NCBI GenBank assembly: GCA_045862955.1
Contig: BTVI01000033.1
Span: 1 to 36,699 of the forward strand
Source of the DNA: Fimbriimonadales bacterium
GTDB taxonomy: Bacteria > Armatimonadota > Fimbriimonadia > Fimbriimonadales > JABRVX01
Direction of reading: 5' to 3'
Length of the DNA: 36,699 bases
Shown here: piece by piece, positions 17,129-25,198 of the stretch
Layout of the letters: every line of letters begins with the position of its first letter
Numbering within the stretch: the stretch's first letter is position 1
The notes under the pieces: model-generated
Told to the model about the DNA's origin: nothing
The model's input: only the letters and a program-made list of their open reading frames with translations
The model's database searches: none
Made by a program: the position numbers and the translations under genes

Positions 17129-18712
17129 TCAGAACCGCAGGCGTGTACCAGCGAACATCGCGCCCATCGGCTTCGGCGTGCTACCGTTGCTAAGGTTGCT
17201 CAATGGGTCCGAATCGTACAGCACGAAGTCTGCCAGCATCCCTGGTGCGATGTTGCCCAATTCGGCTTCTTGAAAGCCGACGTACGCAGAGCCTTCCGTG
17301 TAGCATCGCAGCGCTTCTGCAGGCGATAGTGCCTCTGAGAGGTCTAGTTGCGTCCCCTTCGCCGAACGCCTATGTACAGCCGCGAGCATTCCATCGGCAG
17401 GGTCACCCGGCACGATGGTCAGGTCCGAGCTAAAGCCGATTGGCACACCCGCATTCAGCAGCGATCGCATCGGCTTGACGCCCTTCGCGCGCTCTCCCAG
17501 CGCCTGCAGGTAATCGTCGGCAAAGCGTAGCAAGAACTCGGGTTGCATCGTCGCGCACACACCCGCTCCCACATACCGACGGATGAGATCGGGTGTCAGC
17601 AGCATGGAGTGCTCGATGCGATGCCGGTGATCGGCCCGAGGTTGGCGGGTCAGCGCCTTCTCGATAGCAGTTAGGCATGAAGCGATGGCACGATCCCCGA
17701 TAGCATGTACTATTACTTGCCTACCAGCTCGGTGGATGTCCCATACTGCTTGCTCTAGCTCCTCCTGTGGGTGGATCAACAGCCCGCTACCGCCCGACAG
17801 GAACTCGCCGGTTATCGCCGCGGTGCGCGTGCCGATGGCTCCATCGGCAAACAGTTTCACTCCGCCGATTGCCACGGTAGGATGGCCGCGAAGCGGATCC
17901 CACTCATCCCGAGTCGGCACCTCGCCGCGTGCCGCAAGGAAGTCATACAGCGGTGTCAGGCGAATCCGCAGAGACATGCCACGCTCGGCTGCCGCGCGGT
18001 ACGCCCACAGCTCCTCTTCCAAGCCGAAGCGAAACGAAGTCGCGTCCGTCGCCGCGGTGATACCCATCCGATTAAGGTGCCGCGCTGCCAGCACCAGATT
18101 GTCTGCAAGTTCCGTCTTGCCCATCTTGGGTTGCACCCGACGTACCAGCGCGACTGCATCTTCGAACAGCAGCCCGTTCAGCCTACCTTGCAGGTCTCGG
18201 CCGATCTTCCCGCCTGGTGGGTCCTCCGAATCCGCGCCGATACCTCCCGCACGAAGTGCTAGGCTGTTAGCGATCATGCCATGGCGGCTAGCGTGCCAGA
18301 TGATTGCCGGTCTATCAGGCACGGCGGCGTCCATCTCTGCCAGCGTGGGATATCGGTTCTCGACGACCGCTGATGCCAGGTAACCGTGCCCTGTCACCCA
18401 TCGCCCGCTCGGTAGGCAGCGGGCATGCTCCTTCATGGCATCCAGCACGGAAGGGATCGTCGGGCATCGCACGGCACTCACGTCCACGAAGCCGAAGCTC
18501 TCTGCCAGCATCGAGACGTGACAGTGGCAATCGTTGAACGCGGGGCACACGAATTCCCCATCGAGGTCCTCGAGCACGGCGCCAGAGCGCGGCAATCCCT
18601 CACCGACTGCACGGATGCGCCCTGCCTCGACCGCTATTTCGCCTCGACGAAAGCCCGAGCCGTCGAAATACTTCAGGTTGTGGAAGAGCGTAACGCCATG
18701 GTTGCTAGACAT
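17129..18712 (-). CDS. Amidohydrolase, YtcJ/NfdA-like (amidohydrolase_3)
   Basis: PAFNDCHCH, ANSLAL, DPPGG, VKLFADG, HAIGD, RIEH, MQP, SSD, GNIAPGMLADFV. Confidence 0.9.
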   Translation of the reverse strand: MSSNHGVTLFHNLKYFDGSGFRRGEIAVEAGRIRAVGEGLPRSGAVLEDLDGEFVCPAFNDCHCHVSMLAESFGFVDVSAVRCPTIPSVLDAMKEHARCLPSGRWVTGHGYLASAVVENRYPTLAEMDAAVPDRPAIIWHASRHGMIANSLALRAGGIGADSEDPPGGKIGRDLQGRLNGLLFEDAVALVRRVQPKMGKTELADNLVLAARHLNRMGITAATDATSFRFGLEEELWAYRAAAERGMSLRIRLTPLYDFLAARGEVPTRDEWDPLRGHPTVAIGGVKLFADGAIGTRTAAITGEFLSGGSGLLIHPQEELEQAVWDIHRAGRQVIVHAIGDRAIASCLTAIEKALTRQPRADHRHRIEHSMLLTPDLIRRYVGAGVCATMQPEFLLRFADDYLQALGERAKGVKPMRSLLNAGVPIGFSSDLTIVPGDPADGMLAAVHRRSAKGTQLDLSEALSPAEALRCYTEGSAYVGFQEAELGNIAPGMLADFVLYDSDPLSNLSNGSTPKPMGAMFAGTRLRF

Positions 18713-18764
18713 GGACCGATTGTAGCGCGGGGCGACTGCTCTTAGGTCGCCCCGCGCACGGATG

Positions 18765-19520
18765 TCAGTCGCAGGCCCAGTACCAGCTGCCCTCTGTCGG
18801 ATGCGGTGCACCACTCTCGTGCCCCGCGGCGTCCACGAACGTGGCGTCGAAGGAGGCCGGCGATGTTACGAACTTGGCGTGCCCGTCCGCAAAGATCAGG
18901 GTCCCGCCAGTCGCATGCCACTCGCGGAAGTAGTCCCAGGGCGGGTCACAGTCGTAGCCGTACTTCGCACAGCCGGGATCGTGCTTCCGTGAGAAGAACG
19001 ACATCATCTCATCGCGCATGATCCGCGTGTTCGCCGGATACTGAAAGCTCGAGTCCCGCGAGATGTAGGTGTAGTCGCGCAGCCGGTTGTTGGAGCTGCT
19101 GTACCCCGCAATGGTGGTGTACACGCACTTGGTGTAGCGGAAGCTGGTGCCGTAGGCGTCGAGGTAGCTCCTCGTACCCGGCACGTCCAGCTCTTGGTAG
19201 GGTCCGCCTTTGTCCTCGGCACACCCGAACACCCGTTTGTCTTTGACATAGGGGTAAAGCTGCACTTCTACCCCCTTGTGGTCGGGATGCCCCGCGGGCG
19301 GTTGGCTGTTGTAGGCGAAGAAAATGGGCCAGGTGCCGTTGTACGCATCTACGTACATGCGGACCGCCATGCCCACCTGCCTCGCGTTGGACACACACTG
19401 ACTTACACGCGCTTGGCGCCTAGCACTCGAAAACACCGGAAACAAGATCGCCGCGAGGATCGCGATGATGGCGATTACCACCAAGAGCTCTACAAGAGTG
19501 AACCCGCCGAGCCTCTTCAT
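18765..19520 (-). CDS. Prepilin-type N-terminal cleavage/methylation protein with H-X9-DG motif (DUF1559-like)
   Basis: [35 protein letters not shown]-terminal [17 protein letters not shown] overlap with the upstream gene. Confidence 0.92.
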   Translation of the reverse strand: MKRLGGFTLVELLVVIAIIAILAAILFPVFSSARRQARVSQCVSNARQVGMAVRMYVDAYNGTWPIFFAYNSQPPAGHPDHKGVEVQLYPYVKDKRVFGCAEDKGGPYQELDVPGTRSYLDAYGTSFRYTKCVYTTIAGYSSSNNRLRDYTYISRDSSFQYPANTRIMRDEMMSFFSRKHDPGCAKYGYDCDPPWDYFREWHATGGTLIFADGHAKFVTSPASFDATFVDAAGHESGAPHPTEGSWYWACD

Positions 19521-20185
19521 CGGATTTCAGCCCCTTCGGGCTTTTCGGTAGAGACCTGCACAGCGGCACGCGTGAAACGATCTCTCCAAACCATTTGTCC
19601 AATCCAACAGCTAAGAGCCCCGGCCCACATCATTGCTATGACCGAGGTAACGAGTGTTCCCCACAGCTGAGATGTTCCAGCGAAAGCATAATAGTGAGTC
19701 ACGTAGATTCCCGTCAACCACTCCATTACCGCGGCGCCAACGCCGCCCCAAAGGAATGGCGCATAGTTCCAGTTGTCGTAACGGTATAGCCCGAGTGCGA
19801 GCTCCCCACCCACGCCCTGCAAGATGCCGACGAAGAACACCACATTGAACACCTCCATGGTTCGTCCCGACATCTCGATGCGCGTATACACCTCTCCACT
19901 CACGTTGATTGGATACTGTGCACCCACGAGATGGATTGTGCCTACTTCAACCAAGGCAGACAGCGCTTCTCCGAGGAGACAGGCTCCTGGCTTGCGGATG
20001 AGGGCGGCAGCGAGGAATCCACCCATCATCCACATTCCGTTGATAAGACTCGTAGGTGCCAGGTTCCAGCCGATTTCTAGTAGCCAGTTGTACAGATGGT
20101 CCCACGCGATGTAAACCAAGCCGAACGGGATGGCAACTGCAAGCAGAACTGCTACATCACGTCCGGTCCAGCGATATCGACTCAT
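19517..20185 (-). CDS. ECF transporter S component, YkoE-like (thiamine/HMP related)
   Basis: WTGRDV...FGLVY, GMWMMGG...IRKPGA..LGE..SALVE, GILQG.GGEL..LYRY..W match the YkoE-type pattern; about six TM helices; GGAGGAAGG RBS. Confidence 0.85.
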   Translation of the reverse strand: MSRYRWTGRDVAVLLAVAIPFGLVYIAWDHLYNWLLEIGWNLAPTSLINGMWMMGGFLAAALIRKPGACLLGEALSALVEVGTIHLVGAQYPINVSGEVYTRIEMSGRTMEVFNVVFFVGILQGVGGELALGLYRYDNWNYAPFLWGGVGAAVMEWLTGIYVTHYYAFAGTSQLWGTLVTSVIAMMWAGALSCWIGQMVWRDRFTRAAVQVSTEKPEGAEIR

Positions 20186-20197
20186 CGTTCCTTCCTC

Positions 20198-20899
20198 CTA
20201 GTAACAATCGAACCAGTGCTCCGAGGTCACCCAACCGCCGGGAGAAACGAGAAACGATGCGAACTTGGCGGGATTGGTGACGAACTCTGCATGACCGTCT
20301 GCGAACACACAGCTTCCTCCGAGTCGGTGCCAAACGGCGAAGTACTCTGGTGGAAAGCTGTAGGGTGGTTCGTCGAACCAGGGGAACTCCACGTCCCGTA
20401 TTACTCGCGTGCGTGCCGGCTCGACGAACGCAGAGTCCTTTACGATGCGAGTGAAGTCGTATACGTATTGGTTGATGAACGACTCCCCCGCGATGATAGT
20501 GAATGAGCAGCTGGTGAACTGATAGCTTGTACCGTAAGCCTCCATGTAGTTTTTGGCGCCTGGCACTTCCGTTTGCATGATCGGGGTGCCTCGGTCCATG
20601 GGGCACAGGAAGACGTGCTTACTCTTCGTGTACGGGTAGATCAGTACTTCGATCCCCTTGTGTCCTGGTTGCCAGCCAGGAGGGTCGGGGTCGTATGCGT
20701 AGAAGATCGGCCAAACCCCGGCGTGATCGTCGATGTACATGCGCAGCGCCAAGCCGATCTGCCTGCAGTTGGATAGGCACTGCTTGTCTTTGGCAGTCTC
20801 CCTGGCACGGGAAAACACCGGAAACAAGATCGCCGCGAGGATCGCGATGATCGCGATGACGACAAGTAGCTCGATTAGCGTGAACGCTCGCTTGCGCAC
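20198..20899 (-). CDS. Prepilin-type N-terminal cleavage/methylation protein with H-X9-DG motif (DUF1559-like)
   Basis: [51 protein letters not shown] start with GGGGG SD. Confidence 0.92.
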   Translation of the reverse strand: MRKRAFTLIELLVVIAIIAILAAILFPVFSRARETAKDKQCLSNCRQIGLALRMYIDDHAGVWPIFYAYDPDPPGWQPGHKGIEVLIYPYTKSKHVFLCPMDRGTPIMQTEVPGAKNYMEAYGTSYQFTSCSFTIIAGESFINQYVYDFTRIVKDSAFVEPARTRVIRDVEFPWFDEPPYSFPPEYFAVWHRLGGSCVFADGHAEFVTNPAKFASFLVSPGGWVTSEHWFDCY

Positions 20900-20974
20900 T
20901 ATTCGCCCCCTTACGTAGGTTCAGGGACGGACAGGGCGGTCGAGGGAAGAGGTTTGGTACTTTCGAAGAACCAT

Positions 20975-21098
20975 CTGCTTTCCTCCGCCGGTATTATCCG
21001 TCTCAGGTTCGAAGGGTTTGCCGTCGAACGGCATCTCAGCCACGGACCCATCGGGATGCGCATCGCATCGCCGCCGGAGCCGTTGGCTCCCCTAGCAG
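20975..21098 (-). promoter_or_regulatory. TPP riboswitch (thi-box)
   Basis: Minus strand: CTGCT-AGGGGAGCC...GGCTGAGA-TGCCGT-TCG-ACGGCA-AACCCTTCGAACCTGAGACGGATAATACCGGCGGAGGAA-AGCAG. P1, UGAGA, P3a and the P4/P5 loop AUAAU are all present. Confidence 0.92.
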
Positions 21099-21107
21099 AA
21101 CGCCTTC

Positions 21108-21135
21108 ATTGTACACCGAACGGTGGTCCCGTCAA
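21108..21135 (-). promoter_or_regulatory. Sigma70-type promoter of the TPP-riboswitch operon
   Basis: TTGACG (21130-21135), 16-bp spacer, TACAAT (21108-21113), just upstream of riboswitch P1. Confidence 0.7.
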
Positions 21136-21172
21136 GAGCAGGACCCCGGTCGCTTGCCGCGAATCGCGAGGC

Positions 21173-23104
21173 GTGCATGACCTAGACCTCGACCTCATTC
21201 CCTACACCAACATCGGCGCCAATTGGATCGGGCGCCATTCGCGCTTCGGCGTGTTCTGGCCGTTCCGTGAGCTTTCGGGCCTGCAGTCGGTCGGCGCCAT
21301 CATCGGCAACCGGCTGCACGTTCTGGGAGCGGGTGTGCTGCGCTGGCGCGTCTCTCACGAGGGCGTTGAGCACGCAGCGGGCTTCCCCCAGCGCTTCTAT
21401 TACCCGTGGGCCGTTGTGGAAGAATGCGACTTCGGTCCAGTGGGTGTCCGCGCCACGATGGCATTCGTCAGCGAAGATGCACTGCTCTGTCGCCTCGAGC
21501 TGAGGGGTTCGGGCCGAGCACGTGTGGAGTTCGAGAGCCCATGGGAACCGGGACGGCCCATTCCCCACTTACCCCGGCACCCGTGGCCACCCCACGTGTA
21601 CACCCCGGCCACCGAGCCCGTCGCCCAGCCAGTGGTAGAGCGTTCCGCAGGCGTGACGGAGTGCGCTTTCGACTACGAGGTGTACTTCTTCTACGGCCCG
21701 CCGGACTACCCTGGATACAAGGGGATGAAGAAGGGAGACCGAGCGCAGAGCTTCTGGCTGGCCGACACAGAGGGCTGGGAAGGAGACCTTTCGCCGGATG
21801 CACCGGTGGTGCTGAACCGCTGCGTGAGCTTCGGTTTTCGAGAGCAGGAGGCAGCCGGGAACCTTCACGAGGCCAAGCAACAGGCTGCGCGTTGGGATTT
21901 CGAAGCTGAGCGAGAGCGCACGCAGACCCTCTATCGGGCTGTCTCGGAACTGCCCGACTCGCTGGCCGACGACCCCGCGATGGCGCGGCTTCGCAGACAT
22001 GCTATCGTCGGGCTGCTGGGGAGCGTAACGCGCGGACGCGGCGGCTTTTGGGGCAACAAGCGCATCACGCTGGCCGCTCGCTATCAGATCGTGGGCCAGT
22101 GGTACTGGGATACCGCCGTCGCCATGCTGGGGCTTCGCGAGTTCGCTCCGGACATTGCGAGGGAGTCCTGTCTCGCTCTGCTAGAGAACCAGACCGAGTA
22201 CGGCGCCGGTCCACTGACCTTGACCGACACGACGCGGCACGGCGAAGGGCAGAGCCCGCTTCTGGCCTGGGCAACCTGGATGCTGCACCGTACTGCGCCC
22301 GACCGCGGCTTCCTCGAAATGGTCTACCCGATGCTGCGGCGCAACGTTGAATATTGGTTCGGGCGCCGGCTGTCGAAGAACGGCCTGCCGATGTGGTCGA
22401 ACGCCGCCCAGTCGGCAGACAACGATGCGCGGTTCGCGCCTTGTGGCACCACCGACCTAACCGGGAACGTGGACGTGCATTCTGTGGAGTCCGTAGACCT
22501 CAGTGCCTTTCTGGTTGCCAAGATGCGATTCCTCGGCAACATCGCCGAAGCTCTGGGCAGGGCGGACGAAGCGAGTGAATGGCGACGCAGGGCAGAGGAG
22601 CACTCCGCAAAGATGGTAGAACGGTTCTACTTCGCGGACGAAGCCGTTTTCTGGGACACGCACGAAGATACCGGCGAGCCGTTCACCAAGGCACTCACTC
22701 CGTTCGCCTTCTTGCCGCTCTGGGCCGGGACGCCGCTCCCGGAGGACGAGAAGCGGCGAATCATCGAGGAGCATATGCTGAACCCGCGCGAGTTCTTCGG
22801 CGACTACCCCTTTCCCAGCCTCGCCTACAACCATCCCGAGTATAACCCCCACAGCTATTGGCGGGGCCGCATCTGGCCGCACGTGGTGTACTGGATGATC
22901 GAGATCCTCTGGGATCACGGGTACCGAACCGAGGCCGAGCGGACGGCCCGTCGAATGCTGCAGATATTCCGAACCACACCGTATTTGCACGAGTGCTATC
23001 CGAGCGACGGGTACGACCCGCACATGGGTCTGCCCGAGTACAACTGGTCCTGCGCCATCTGCCTGGAGCTGCTGCTGGAGCGATACAAAGAAGGGCGCTT
23101 CTAG
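21173..23104 (+). CDS. GH63/MGH1-like (alpha/alpha)6 glycoside hydrolase
   Basis: QWYWDTA, QSPLLAW, SADNDARF, VDL, YWRGRIWP, ECY, YNWS motifs. Start placed at GTG 21173 because the longer ORF overlaps the riboswitch. Confidence 0.82.
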   Translation: MHDLDLDLIPYTNIGANWIGRHSRFGVFWPFRELSGLQSVGAIIGNRLHVLGAGVLRWRVSHEGVEHAAGFPQRFYYPWAVVEECDFGPVGVRATMAFVSEDALLCRLELRGSGRARVEFESPWEPGRPIPHLPRHPWPPHVYTPATEPVAQPVVERSAGVTECAFDYEVYFFYGPPDYPGYKGMKKGDRAQSFWLADTEGWEGDLSPDAPVVLNRCVSFGFREQEAAGNLHEAKQQAARWDFEAERERTQTLYRAVSELPDSLADDPAMARLRRHAIVGLLGSVTRGRGGFWGNKRITLAARYQIVGQWYWDTAVAMLGLREFAPDIARESCLALLENQTEYGAGPLTLTDTTRHGEGQSPLLAWATWMLHRTAPDRGFLEMVYPMLRRNVEYWFGRRLSKNGLPMWSNAAQSADNDARFAPCGTTDLTGNVDVHSVESVDLSAFLVAKMRFLGNIAEALGRADEASEWRRRAEEHSAKMVERFYFADEAVFWDTHEDTGEPFTKALTPFAFLPLWAGTPLPEDEKRRIIEEHMLNPREFFGDYPFPSLAYNHPEYNPHSYWRGRIWPHVVYWMIEILWDHGYRTEAERTARRMLQIFRTTPYLHECYPSDGYDPHMGLPEYNWSCAICLELLLERYKEGRF

Positions 23105-23232
23105 ACGAAGCCGAGAGCAGCAGGGCTAGGGATGCGGGAGTAGAATAGTGCTTCTTGCGCTCCCCTCGGGTGAACCGAGGTGCAGGCGCTTTGGCGGGTG
23201 ATGCGGCCCGACCCAGAAGAAAGGAATCGACG

Positions 23233-24597
23233 ATGATCCGTTTCGGCAAGGATAACTTGAGGATTCCGAGATTCGAGCGGCCGGTGTACATCGTGGCAGG
23301 CGGTCTCACAGACTTTCGGAAGCGGTACCCAGAGAAGTGTACGGAAGAACTGATCGTAGAGGCCACCAAGATGGCCTTCGAGGAGAACGATCTGAAGGTG
23401 TCACCGCAAGAGCTGCGGGACATGGTCAACTTCGTGGTGTACTCGCAGTTCGCCGACCACTTCGGTGACCAGCTCCTGGCTGCGGCACGTGCCCACGATG
23501 CGTTGGGGTTCGACCCGCTCGGCAACATCGAGGTCAAGACCGGCGGTGCCACGGGGGGCAGCAGCGTGCTGGCAGCAGCCATGGCCGTCGCCTCGGGGTA
23601 TGCCAGCTGCGTCCCGGTCGTCGGTTGGGAGCGGATGGACGAGGTGCCTACGAAGGTAGGCAACTCCTACATCGCCTCGGCTGCGTGCAAGAACTTCGAG
23701 TCCGAGCTGAGCTGGATGTACACCACCTACTATGCGCTCATGGCACAGCGCTACTTGCACACCTATGACGTACCCAGGGTGACGTTGGCGAAGATCGCGC
23801 AGAAGAACCACGGTTACGCAATGTTCTCACCCTTCTCCCAGAATCCGATGGACCTCACCATCGAGGAGATTCTCGAGAACGACATGGTGTCGGACCCACT
23901 CTCGTTCTTGGAGTGCTGCGTGATGAGCACGGGAGCTGCTACACTGGTGCTGGCAGACGAAGAGACGGCATTCAAGATCACGGACAAGCCAGTGCGACTG
24001 AAAGCCATCGCTGGGGGAACACACACGCTGCGAACGGCCGACCGGCGTGACATGCCCGTGCTGCTCCTACCGAACGAGACACCCGAGATGTACGCCGACC
24101 GCAAGGAGGACTGGCCGGGATTCACTAGCTTCCTCGCCGCTCGGATGGCGGCATACCTTGCCTATCACATGGCGGGGATCACCGATCCGGTCGAGGAGTT
24201 CGACATCCTCGAGACACACGACGCGTTCACGATCAGTGACATTCAAACGTACGAGGATATCGGACTGCGCCCTTACGGCCGCGGCCGCGAGTTCATCGAG
24301 AGCGGCGAGGCATACTTCGAAGGCAAACTACCTACCAACTTGAGTGGTGGTCTTATCGGAACGATGCACGCAGTGGGTGCCACCGGCATTTTCCAGATGG
24401 TAGAGATCTTTTGGCAGATGCGTGGAGAGTGGGCGAAGTTCCACGAGCGTGAAGAAATGTGGTCGCGTTATGGAAAGAAGAAGCCGGAAAAGTGGCGGAA
24501 CCTGCAACTCGATCCGCTGCCGAAGCTTGGATGTGCGATCAGCCATGCGGGTACTGGCAGCCACGTGACCTGCGCGATTATGGAGAGGGAGGCCTAA
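23233..24597 (+). CDS. SCP-x/archaeal-type thiolase-domain protein lacking the nucleophilic Cys
   Basis: Thiolase fold motifs LAKIAQKNH, CVMSTGA, ETHDAF, NLSGGL, HAVGATG; EVKTGGATGG stands in place of (E/N)xACASG; AAGGA RBS. Confidence 0.88.
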   Translation: MIRFGKDNLRIPRFERPVYIVAGGLTDFRKRYPEKCTEELIVEATKMAFEENDLKVSPQELRDMVNFVVYSQFADHFGDQLLAAARAHDALGFDPLGNIEVKTGGATGGSSVLAAAMAVASGYASCVPVVGWERMDEVPTKVGNSYIASAACKNFESELSWMYTTYYALMAQRYLHTYDVPRVTLAKIAQKNHGYAMFSPFSQNPMDLTIEEILENDMVSDPLSFLECCVMSTGAATLVLADEETAFKITDKPVRLKAIAGGTHTLRTADRRDMPVLLLPNETPEMYADRKEDWPGFTSFLAARMAAYLAYHMAGITDPVEEFDILETHDAFTISDIQTYEDIGLRPYGRGREFIESGEAYFEGKLPTNLSGGLIGTMHAVGATGIFQMVEIFWQMRGEWAKFHEREEMWSRYGKKKPEKWRNLQLDPLPKLGCAISHAGTGSHVTCAIMEREA

Positions 24598-24598
24598 C

Positions 24599-25099
24599 AT
24601 GCCGAGCGTAAAGCTGCTGAAGAAGGGACTGGAAGTTCTCACCGAAGACCCGATGGTGGTACGCAACCCTCGGGGCCACGATCACATCCACACCTATGGC
24701 GGTCTCACGCCTTTCTACAAGGGTCTGCGCGAGGGGAAGTTGATGGCCACACGATGCCCTTCCGCAGAGTGCAGCGAGAACCGTCTTTGGCTCCCACCTC
24801 GACCCTACTGCCCGGACTGCTGGACGCGGTCGGTGTGGCAGGAGGTGCCGCCGCGCGGAGTGCTATATACGCACTCGACGGTACTGTATCCCGGGTTTTA
24901 CTTTCGCCTCTCTTCGCCGTGCCCGCTCATCTCGGTGGAGATCGAGGGAGTGTGCACCAAACTGATGTCCTACCTGAAGGAGGGGGAGCCGGAGATCGGG
25001 ATGCCCATCCGCGCGGTGTTCAACACGAAGAACCCGACGAACACCATCCTGGACCTTGCCTGGGTTCCCGCAGATTTCCAGGGCGAGGTGGAGTGGTAG
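24599..25099 (+). CDS. DUF35 Zn-ribbon/OB-fold protein (thiolase partner)
   Basis: FYKGLREGKLMATRCPSAEC...PPRPYCPDC, G.LYTHSTV, IGMPIRAVF; starts 1 bp after the thiolase stop. Confidence 0.9.
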   Translation: MPSVKLLKKGLEVLTEDPMVVRNPRGHDHIHTYGGLTPFYKGLREGKLMATRCPSAECSENRLWLPPRPYCPDCWTRSVWQEVPPRGVLYTHSTVLYPGFYFRLSSPCPLISVEIEGVCTKLMSYLKEGEPEIGMPIRAVFNTKNPTNTILDLAWVPADFQGEVEW

Positions 25100-25198
25100 G
25101 GACCCATCACCACCTCGTACTCACCGATCTACTGGGAGGCAAGACCCGGGCAGATAGAGCACCCAGTGGTAGGGACCCATCGCCACCTCGTACTCACC
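25092..25198 (+). repeat. 34-bp direct repeat spanning the DUF35 stop codon
   Basis: AGTGGTAGGGACCCATCRCCACCTCGTACTCACC at 25092 and 25165. Confidence 0.9.

Noticed and set aside
20954..21172. N-terminal extension of the GH63 ORF
   Set aside because: It overlaps the TPP riboswitch and its promoter on the opposite strand; GTG 21173 is more plausible
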